NCBI RefSeq assembly: GCF_900232105.1
Contig: NZ_LT934425.1
Coordinates: 3,990,001 to 4,022,000 of the forward strand
Direction: 5' to 3'
Origin: Candidatus Kuenenia stuttgartensis
Lineage (GTDB): Bacteria; Planctomycetota; Brocadiia; Brocadiales; Brocadiaceae
DNA: 32,000 nt
Part shown: piece by piece, positions 24,806-32,000 of the stretch
Layout of the letters: every line of letters begins with the position of its first letter
Numbering within the stretch: the first letter of the stretch is position 1
Program-made: the position numbers and the translations under genes
The notes under the pieces: model-generated
The model's database searches: none
What the model was told of the DNA's origin: nothing
What the model saw: the letters and a program-made list of their open reading frames with translations, nothing else

Positions 24806-26425
24806 TTATTTTGGTTTTTTTAAAGCGTAAAGGTCTTCTTCCATTTTTTTCATCTTTAATTCCCTGCCGACAGCTACTTTTGCAAAGTTCTCCAATTGTT
24901 CGGCTTTTTTCTTGAAATCATCCCGCGATTTTTCCAATTCCGAGGTTCTTTTCTTCACATCTTCTTCAAGATTTCTCTTTATGTCCTCCAGTTCCCTTGT
25001 TCTGTCTTTTATTTTGTCCTGTAATGCCGCATTCAAGTCCTGAACTTTTGTGATTTTAACAAAGTCAAGCCATGATGTGACGTCTGCATATTCACTGATA
25101 TTTAATCCCTTAACCTCTTCTTCGGTGCTGATTCTAATGCCTACCAGTTTCTTCATACACCAGAAAAATAAAAGTCCCAATGAAAAAGCCCAGGCAAATG
25201 CCACAATAATTCCCAGACATTGCACGCCAACCTGTAAAAGGCGGCTGAAGTTTGTCATTGAAAATGCAGACACGGGAGTAAACAAGCTAACGGCCAGGGT
25301 GCCCCAGACGCCGCAAAATCCGTGGACGGGAACCGCCCCCACCGGGTCGTCCACTCTTAATATCTTTTCGATAAAATCCTTAGCCAATATTGCGATGATG
25401 CCTGCGCATAATCCAACTATACATGCATATACGGGGCTCACCCTGCTGCAACCTGCGCCAATGGCAACGATTCCCCCCATGATTCCTAAAAGTATTTCTG
25501 CGGCGTCCAATGTTTTGTTTTTCAGTTTTCTGAAAACTGCAGCAGCAACACCCGCTACCGACCCAGACAAGGTTGTATTGATAATTACCAACCCGATGCT
25601 GGTATCAGCCTGCAAAAGAGCCCCTCCGTTAAAACCAAACCAGCCAAACCACAAAAAAAATGTACCTATTGTGGCAAGTGGTAGATTGTGTCCGTACATC
25701 CTGTTCACGGTGCCATCAGGATTAAACTTTCCGGTCCTCGGCCCCAGCACAATGGCGCCCGACAAAGCAATCCATCCGCTTACAGAATGGACTACCGTAG
25801 AACCAGCAAAATCTATAAATCCGAGCCTTTCAAGCCATCCATACTGCTGGGTATGCAATAAATGTCCCCATGCCCAATGGCCAAAGACGGGATAAATCAG
25901 GCAAACAACAACAATGGTCGTACAAATATGAGTTAACAGTTTTGCTCTTTCGGCATAAGCGCCAGATGTAATAGTGGCTGCGGTACCTGCAAATACCAGT
26001 TGGATAAAAACAAAGGCATATCCCAGGGAGGTTAGATGAGTATCAATACCATATAACAGAAAATTACTTATGCCGATATAGCCGTTATAGCTCACGCCAA
26101 ACATAATCCCAAACCCTACGATAAAATATGTTATGGAACTTATAAGAAAATTCAATATATTTTTTATGGAAACGCTTATGGCATTTTTTGCCTGTACTGA
26201 GCCAGCTTCATATGCCGTAAAACCCACCTGCATGAAAAAAACCATGCTGGCAGCGACAATAATCCAGATAAAATCAAGTTTTTTCTGGATTAATTGCAGA
26301 GATGTTTCCTCATTTTCAGCATGAACATTATAATGCGGGTAAAAAACTAATGCGGTCGCTATAATGCAGGCAAAGATAATTATTATTTGCCTTTTGTGCC
26401 TGTTATCGCTTTGTATGTTACTCAT
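24806..26425 (-). CDS. Ammonium transporter-like protein with C-terminal cytoplasmic coiled-coil (putative ammonium sensor)
   Basis: 539 aa: Amt core (GSTVVHSVSGWIAL, VDDPVGAVPVHGFCGVWG) followed by IKDRTRELEDIKRNLEEDVKKRTSELEKSRDDFKKKAEQLENFAKVAVGRELKMKKMEEDLYALKK; stops 9 bp before the kinase start. Confidence 0.9.
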   Translation of the reverse strand: MSNIQSDNRHKRQIIIIFACIIATALVFYPHYNVHAENEETSLQLIQKKLDFIWIIVAASMVFFMQVGFTAYEAGSVQAKNAISVSIKNILNFLISSITYFIVGFGIMFGVSYNGYIGISNFLLYGIDTHLTSLGYAFVFIQLVFAGTAATITSGAYAERAKLLTHICTTIVVVCLIYPVFGHWAWGHLLHTQQYGWLERLGFIDFAGSTVVHSVSGWIALSGAIVLGPRTGKFNPDGTVNRMYGHNLPLATIGTFFLWFGWFGFNGGALLQADTSIGLVIINTTLSGSVAGVAAAVFRKLKNKTLDAAEILLGIMGGIVAIGAGCSRVSPVYACIVGLCAGIIAILAKDFIEKILRVDDPVGAVPVHGFCGVWGTLAVSLFTPVSAFSMTNFSRLLQVGVQCLGIIVAFAWAFSLGLLFFWCMKKLVGIRISTEEEVKGLNISEYADVTSWLDFVKITKVQDLNAALQDKIKDRTRELEDIKRNLEEDVKKRTSELEKSRDDFKKKAEQLENFAKVAVGRELKMKKMEEDLYALKKPK

Positions 26426-26729
26426 TCTGCACTCCCTTGTTTTCTAAGGAATTATTTACAGTATCATCTTTATTATTCAGTATTATTCATTTGTTTTCTG
26501 CTCATCTTTTCATCATGTTGGAATCTTCGGCACGATGGCAACGATTCTTTGTATGATAATACTATTTTGGGGATTTCCAAGTTTTGCGTGGGGCAAGTTA
26601 TCGGGTTTTTTAGATGAACGTGTAGACTTAAAATGTTTTGATGTGATTTTCGTATTCATCATTTGACAATAGACAATCCTGCCAAGTCGGACAATCATCA
26701 ATCATCCCATCCGGAACAAATCATTGCGG

Positions 26730-27662
26730 CTAAAAACGCTTCTGATAAAAATGGCAATAGGGTTGTTTCCCGGTTTTATGATAATAGTCCTGATGATAAT
26801 CCTCGGCAAACCAAAATTGCCCGGCCTTTTCCACGGTGGTGGCTATTTTGTAGCCTTTATCCTTAAGAATATTGATCAGTTTTTCGGCAGTTTTCTTTTG
26901 TTCCTCTGAATTATAGAAGACGGCGGAACGATACTGGTAGCCGATATCGGGTCCCTGACGATTGATCTGAGTGGGGTCGTGGATTTCAAAAAATAAACGC
27001 GTAAGTTCCTCATAGGAGACAATGGATGGATCAAAGACCACTTCTACAGCTTCGACATGGCCTGTGGCTCCCGAACAGACTTCCTCATAGGTAGGATTCT
27101 TCTTTGTGCCGCCGATGTATCCGGAGGTAGCTGAAATAACACCCTCTTTGTCCCCGAAGTAATGCTCCACACCCCAGAAACAGCCGCCGGCGAAGATGGC
27201 CTTCTCCGTATTCACGACCTTCGTCTTTTCAGCCGATATGAAATTCAGTGAGAGAGAATTCACGCAGTGGCGGGTGTTCTTTTTGGTGAGGCCTTCACCC
27301 AAAAAGACATGTCCGAGATGGGCGCGACAATTTTTGCAGACTATTTCAGTACGTATGCCATCGGAATCGAGGTGCCTTTCCACGGCGCCGGGAATTTCTT
27401 CGTCAAAGCTGGGCCAGCCGCATTGGGCGTCAAATTTATCATCGGAGCGATATAAAGGCGCGTCACAGCGCTTGCAGGTGTATGTGCCCTTTACATCGTG
27501 ATAATAATATTTTCCGCTGTAAGGGCGTTCAGTGCCTTTGTGGACGATAACGCGTTCTTCTTCGGGAGTTAAGGGATTGACCTTCATTTTCTTATCCTGA
27601 GCATTAAGGTTTAGGGTTATGAACAAACTTAAACTAAAAAAGAGAATGATTTTCTTCTGCAT
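26730..27662 (-). CDS. msrBA: Bifunctional peptide methionine sulfoxide reductase MsrB-MsrA fusion, with signal-like N-terminus
   Basis: CKRCDAPLYRSDDKFDAQCGWPSFDE...CKNCRAHLGHVF...RHCVNSLSLNF (MsrB) then AIFAGGCFWGVEHYFGDKEGVISATSGYIGG...GHVEAVEVVFDP (MsrA). Start taken at MQKKIILFF. Confidence 0.93.
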   Translation of the reverse strand: MQKKIILFFSLSLFITLNLNAQDKKMKVNPLTPEEERVIVHKGTERPYSGKYYYHDVKGTYTCKRCDAPLYRSDDKFDAQCGWPSFDEEIPGAVERHLDSDGIRTEIVCKNCRAHLGHVFLGEGLTKKNTRHCVNSLSLNFISAEKTKVVNTEKAIFAGGCFWGVEHYFGDKEGVISATSGYIGGTKKNPTYEEVCSGATGHVEAVEVVFDPSIVSYEELTRLFFEIHDPTQINRQGPDIGYQYRSAVFYNSEEQKKTAEKLINILKDKGYKIATTVEKAGQFWFAEDYHQDYYHKTGKQPYCHFYQKRF

Positions 27663-28169
27663 ACTATTTTCGCTCCTTATGAAATTTTCCATGCCCAAAT
27701 GGTCAGCTTGCCCCGATGAAGCCGGATTTTAAGCCAACCAGAGGGAAACGATAAAGGGCTGCTGGTTTTGTTGTTTTAAGGGTGACGCATCCGGACTCCC
27801 TCCCCTGCCGGAAGAATTATACGGTTAAAAGGTAGAAAGAATATCAAATATTGAACAATGAATAAAGAATGCCGAAGGATAAGAGAACTTCGTAATTCGA
27901 AATTCCCTGAAGGTTGTTGAGAAGGGCAACCGCTAATGAACAACAATGAACGTGAATCTTCATTCAAAATTCAAATAATTTGTCTCGCTTCAATCTTTCC
28001 TAACATTTTATTATTCTTCTTGCTGAAGCATGAGAATAACGCATGGACGGATTTTTCAGAAGGCTAAAATGTTACAAAATTTTAAATATACCCAAAATAT
28101 TTATTTTAACAAAGTAATGTAATAAACTTAAAGAACTGTTTATTCTGCAATAGACTTTATCTCCTGCAA

Positions 28170-30845
28170 TCAGTTCTTGTGCTCAAACGATTTTGTTAAA
28201 TGTTCAAAGCTCATATTCACCATTACCGCATTATGTGGAATTAAAACATATTTCCAGGGTTTCCCTCCATTGGAAATAGTAAAATCTGTAGCAACCTTAC
28301 AATACTCTAAGGCTGCCTGGGCTTTTCCCTGAACATCTTCCGATTCAATATCTGCCTCTTTCTTCGTTTCTATAAGATAAATAGCATCTTTTGTTTCCAC
28401 GACAAAATCAGGGTTGTATTGCCTTGAATTGTGCTTCCAGTATAGGTGGAATTGATTAGATGCAGGCCTTAGCCACTTAAGAACTACTTTGTCCTGCTCT
28501 AAAATGACTGCAAAATCTTTTTCTGTCTTGGAATCAAATTTATACAGATTGTGGCATGCTTTTTTGAAACCACTAAATACCTTATTAGGAATGGCATTGG
28601 TTGGAGTGATTGTCTCGGTAAAATGATGAATGCTGTCTTTCGTGTATTTTGAAAAATTATGTTCTTCAATCCTTGTAAAAGGCTTTACCATTGGCTTTTC
28701 ATAGCTTGGCGCTTCACAGTAAAAATGTTGCTTCATCTGGGAATAAATATAACTTCCAATCTCTTTTTTGTGAAATTGCACAACATTCATCAGTTTATCG
28801 TCGTCAAGATATGCCCTGAATTTCTCAATTGCCTGACCAGTTAATCTAAAAAGCAATTCAGTCTGTTCGTCATAATCTATTTCAGGGTAATTCATGAGTT
28901 CATTAACAATGATATTTTCCGGACCGTCATGTATGCCCCTGCCCTTCCCGCTTATAATATCAACACTGTTTTCCTGTTCACGGAGCTTTTTTACTAAAAT
29001 TTCTTCCGACACCGGTTGGTAATTGAGACTCCTGGTATCAAGGTCAAAATCCTTAAAGCCCGACCTTACTTCATTGCTTTGCTGAATGGTGATTCTTGGA
29101 ATTTCTATTATATTCTGTAAAAAATCATGTACCACCGCTTCATAGGCATCCTCAACTTCTTTTATCATCTCTGCAGTAAATAAATTTTTCTGAGGAGTAC
29201 TGTAAATCTTTTGTTTTATTCTTTCTACAGCTATTTGTTTGATTTCTGACCTTGTCAATTCATTGACATTGGTTACGGTATTGTTTAGTCCCGGAAGTGT
29301 TGAAAGAATCGTCTTTCTGACTTCCAAGTTAATCTGGGCTTTTTGTCTCTGTTCAGGCTCAACAATAAGCCCAATCTTCCTTTGCTCTTCATCAAATTTT
29401 TGTTCAACGTTTGAAGTGGAGGTAATTACCTCTTTTTGTTGACTGATTTCCTGTGGATCAATTTCAATAATATTTTGCCTTTTAATGATAGAATCGGGTT
29501 GATTGGCTGCGTCAATTATCTCCTGAAATTTATCATGGGCTACAATCGTAAGTTTATCCACTTTATCAACACCCGTTCTTTTTCCATACGGCAAGCGTAA
29601 CCCCCTGCCAATAGTCTGTTCCCTCAAAGTCATAGACGTAGCCGTTCTTAAGGGAATAATCGTATAGAGATTAGTTACGTCCCACCCTTCTTTCAGCATA
29701 TTGACATGGATAACAATTTCAATTTTATTTTCTGGCTTTTCCAAAGAAATCAGTTGTGCAATATTTTCTTCTTTTTCTTCCCCTGATTGGTTCGAGTGGA
29801 TTTCCATTACCTTATCGGCATAATAACCTTCAAAAAATGCGTTTGAAATGATCAACTGCTTTAATTTGCCGGCATGGGTTGTATCCTGTGCAACAACCAG
29901 CACAAAAGGCTTTACCGCTTTTACTCTATTATCCCGCGCATAGATATCCAAAGCCACTTTCGTGTCTTCATGGATACGAATGCCGTCTTCCAGTTTTATC
30001 CTGTCCAGTTCATCAGCGGAGTATTGTGAAGGATTAAAATCTTTACGGGTAGCCACTGCCGGTTCCTTTACAAAACCGTCCTGAATAGCCTTCGCTAATG
30101 AATATTCAAACACGACATTTTTAAACTTAATAGGCCCTCCGCTTCGTTCTATTTGGGGTGTCGCTGTAAGTTCCAATCCTAAAATAGGGTTTAATTCATT
30201 AATAACCTGCATGCCTCTGGCTGCCCGGTAGTGATGTGATTCGTCCATCAGCAAAACCAGGCCATCGAGGTTTGAAAGGTAATTGAAATAAGAATCGCCT
30301 AAATATTCTGAAAGCCTTTTTACGCGTGGAAGCTTGCCGCCCTTCGTTTCGGCATTTATCTTGGAGATGTTAAAAATGTTGATATGAATATCAGTTATGA
30401 ACATTTTTGTCTGGCGAATTTCATTATAATTATCGCCGGTAATAATACGGGGTTGGTTATGAACAAACTCCCCAATGCCCTGAAATACGTATTTTGGGCA
30501 ATTCGGATTGGAAAAGTCCTCAATGAGCTTATTATAAATGGTAATATTCGGCGCTAGTACGAAATAGTGCTTTATGCCCTTTGAAAGATATAAATAAGCG
30601 ACAAATGCCCCCATTAAGCGCGTCTTTCCAACACCAGTGGCTAAAGCGAAACAGAGAGAAGGGAAGTTTCTTTCAAAGTCAGCACAAGCAGGATAGGCGC
30701 TTTTGACTATCTCCAGTGCCGCGAATAAATCGCCATTTTTCTGAAGGGTCAATTTATCCGTCAGCTCTGCCAGTATATTCAGGCTGTCTGCCTGCGGCAA
30801 GCGAAGGCTTAAGCGATTCTTGATGGTATTTGCTATGCGATTCAT
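28170..30845 (-). CDS. res: Type III restriction enzyme, Res subunit (DEAD/DEAH helicase plus nuclease)
   Basis: 891 aa: FALATGVGKTRLMGAF, LLMDESHHYR, LGLELTATP, EQTIGRGLRLPYG, and C-terminal PDFVVETKDAIYLIETKKE (PD-D/ExK). Confidence 0.93.
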   Translation of the reverse strand: MNRIANTIKNRLSLRLPQADSLNILAELTDKLTLQKNGDLFAALEIVKSAYPACADFERNFPSLCFALATGVGKTRLMGAFVAYLYLSKGIKHYFVLAPNITIYNKLIEDFSNPNCPKYVFQGIGEFVHNQPRIITGDNYNEIRQTKMFITDIHINIFNISKINAETKGGKLPRVKRLSEYLGDSYFNYLSNLDGLVLLMDESHHYRAARGMQVINELNPILGLELTATPQIERSGGPIKFKNVVFEYSLAKAIQDGFVKEPAVATRKDFNPSQYSADELDRIKLEDGIRIHEDTKVALDIYARDNRVKAVKPFVLVVAQDTTHAGKLKQLIISNAFFEGYYADKVMEIHSNQSGEEKEENIAQLISLEKPENKIEIVIHVNMLKEGWDVTNLYTIIPLRTATSMTLREQTIGRGLRLPYGKRTGVDKVDKLTIVAHDKFQEIIDAANQPDSIIKRQNIIEIDPQEISQQKEVITSTSNVEQKFDEEQRKIGLIVEPEQRQKAQINLEVRKTILSTLPGLNNTVTNVNELTRSEIKQIAVERIKQKIYSTPQKNLFTAEMIKEVEDAYEAVVHDFLQNIIEIPRITIQQSNEVRSGFKDFDLDTRSLNYQPVSEEILVKKLREQENSVDIISGKGRGIHDGPENIIVNELMNYPEIDYDEQTELLFRLTGQAIEKFRAYLDDDKLMNVVQFHKKEIGSYIYSQMKQHFYCEAPSYEKPMVKPFTRIEEHNFSKYTKDSIHHFTETITPTNAIPNKVFSGFKKACHNLYKFDSKTEKDFAVILEQDKVVLKWLRPASNQFHLYWKHNSRQYNPDFVVETKDAIYLIETKKEADIESEDVQGKAQAALEYCKVATDFTISNGGKPWKYVLIPHNAVMVNMSFEHLTKSFEHKN

Positions 30846-30854
30846 TTTTTGTCC

Positions 30855-31169
30855 TTAGGCAATGCTATTATCAAAAATATCTTCTTTCAGTAAACGGCTT
30901 CCATGCAGTACCGTAACGATCATTACTTTATCTTTTGCTTCATCATACCGGTAAATTATCCGATAATTGCCCATAATCAATTCCCGATACGGCGTATTTG
31001 GAAATTCCGGTAAAAAACGTCCCGCATTGGGGAATAATTGCAATCTTTCTGTGGATTTAAAGATATTTTGGATAGTATATTGTGCGTATAAAAGGGAATC
31101 TCTTGCTATATAGTCATAAATACCTTCTGAATCTGATATGGCTCTTTCAGACCAGATTACTGTTGCCAT
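30855..31169 (-). CDS. RelE/ParE-family toxin
   Basis: 104 aa: VIWSERAISDSEGIYDYIARDSLLYAQYTIQNIFKSTERLQLFPNAGRFLPEFPNTPYRELIMGNYRIIYRYDEAKDKVMIVTVLHGSRLL. Confidence 0.88.
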   Translation of the reverse strand: MATVIWSERAISDSEGIYDYIARDSLLYAQYTIQNIFKSTERLQLFPNAGRFLPEFPNTPYRELIMGNYRIIYRYDEAKDKVMIVTVLHGSRLLKEDIFDNSIA

Positions 31170-31345
31170 TTCTTCGATAACCTTTCTATCGCTTCTTCAT
31201 GGGAAAATGTTCGCCCTTCGGCTATATCTTTTTCACCCATCTCAATTTTTTGAAGCATGTATATACGATACATAACGTCTTCCACCTCTACCTTTTCGGG
31301 TAACTCTTTTATCAGTTCTTCCAATTTTGATTTAATAATCTGCAT
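31157..31345 (-). CDS. Cognate antitoxin-like small protein
   Basis: 62 aa, start upstream of and overlapping the toxin gene by 13 bp; ends EGRTFSHEEAIERLSKKWQQ, a typical RelB/ParD-like tail. Confidence 0.7.
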   Translation of the reverse strand: MQIIKSKLEELIKELPEKVEVEDVMYRIYMLQKIEMGEKDIAEGRTFSHEEAIERLSKKWQQ

Positions 31346-31544
31346 TCTGTAACTCCCCTATTTTTATTTAAAAAAGTAACTATTGACCACTTGCACATCA
31401 CGTCGCTATAGGCTAATCTTGCGATAGTCTGCTCTTATCACCGTAGTGATAGGAACACCTTTGGCTCATAATGTAACCCCTTCAATATGAGATATGATAA
31501 AATTGTCCGGCAGGAATAATTTCAGAGCAACTACCAATGCCGGA

Positions 31545-32000
31545 TTATTTCTCACGTGCTTTTTCCTCTGCAAAGAGAGACCGTTGAACTATTTTTTTCT
31601 TTGTGCGTCCCTTACTTCTTTTCTTTTGAGGCGAAATAGCGGTAGGATTTGTTTCCTGAGATTCAATTTTCTCCTCATCCGCTTCAACTGGTAAATTGAC
31701 AATATTTAAACTATAATCCTCTTTCCCAAACTCGCACCTGCCAAGCAACATCTTGGGAATCTTTTTTATGGTGATATTAGCGTAACGATTTTCGCAAGCT
31801 TCCTGAAAAGATTTACAACAAATCAGAAGGCTTTCGTCCGGTTTCATTTCTTCGTGAATCTTATCCAGAGACTGTACCGTAACAAACTGTGTGGTGATAA
31901 AAATATAATCCTTTTCAGTGGAACGGCCTTGCTTCCAGTAAATATGCTCATCCGGGCAGTGTCTAAAACCTTCATGCTTTGCCATAGCTGCGGCGAGCAT
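31545..32000 (-). CDS. C-terminal part of an adenine-specific DNA methyltransferase (type III Mod-like), running off the right edge
   Basis: 151 aa: GFRHCPDEHIYWKQGRSTEKDYIFITTQFVT...KIPKMLLGRCEFGKEDYSLNIVNLP, typical Mod C-terminal region; same strand and upstream of res. Confidence 0.75.
   Translation of the reverse strand: MLAAAMAKHEGFRHCPDEHIYWKQGRSTEKDYIFITTQFVTVQSLDKIHEEMKPDESLLICCKSFQEACENRYANITIKKIPKMLLGRCEFGKEDYSLNIVNLPVEADEEKIESQETNPTAISPQKKRSKGRTKKKIVQRSLFAEEKAREK

Noticed and set aside
25050-25895. 281-aa plus-strand ORF and many other plus-strand ORFs opposite amt, kinase, regulator and manC genes
   Set aside because: Antisense to strongly supported conserved genes; low-complexity translations with no recognisable domains.
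26528-26542. CGGCACGATGGCAAC as another sigma-54 promoter
   Set aside because: Lacks TTGC at -12 and no plus-strand gene follows.
27776-28139. Minus-strand 63-aa ORF and surrounding intergenic AT-rich DNA
   Set aside because: Appears to be degenerate intergenic sequence; no domain or clear repeat structure I could verify.
1-32000. CRISPR arrays, rRNA and tRNA genes
   Set aside because: No regularly spaced direct repeats, and no rRNA or tRNA-like sequences recognised by eye; a tRNAscan-SE/CRISPR finder run would be needed to be definitive.

Overview
The window looks like a piece of an anammox-type planctomycete chromosome; that is inferred from gene content, no database search was run. From left to right it contains: (1) a decayed accessory zone (1-6 kb) with a PIN-domain protein, an IS630-family element that appears to split a small conserved gene, a second inverted IS630 fragment, an AbrB-like antitoxin with a truncated PemK/MazF-like toxin, an orphan HicB-like protein, a frameshifted NimA/PNPOx-like gene and duplicated palindromic repeats; (2) a small Cys-rich secreted protein, a polar amino acid ABC transporter (ATPase plus a fused binding-protein/permease), a flavin reductase, ManC/AlgA, a HAD-YvcK/CofD fusion and endonuclease V; (3) an IS4-like element with perfect 21-bp terminal repeats, an 11-bp target duplication and a frameshifted transposase; (4) a dense ammonium/nitrogen sensing locus with amt, two tandem PII-like genes (one highly divergent), an NtrC-type sigma-54 activator, a small uncharacterised gene with a near-consensus -24/-12 promoter, a 1064-aa histidine kinase with a CXXCH motif in its sensor domain, and a second Amt with a kinase-like coiled-coil tail but no kinase; (5) an MsrB-MsrA fusion; (6) a type III-like restriction-modification locus (mod C-terminus, res) with a RelE/ParE-type toxin-antitoxin pair between mod and res. 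The most interesting part is the 18-26.5 kb sensing locus, where I read two candidate sigma-54 promoters directly from the sequence.
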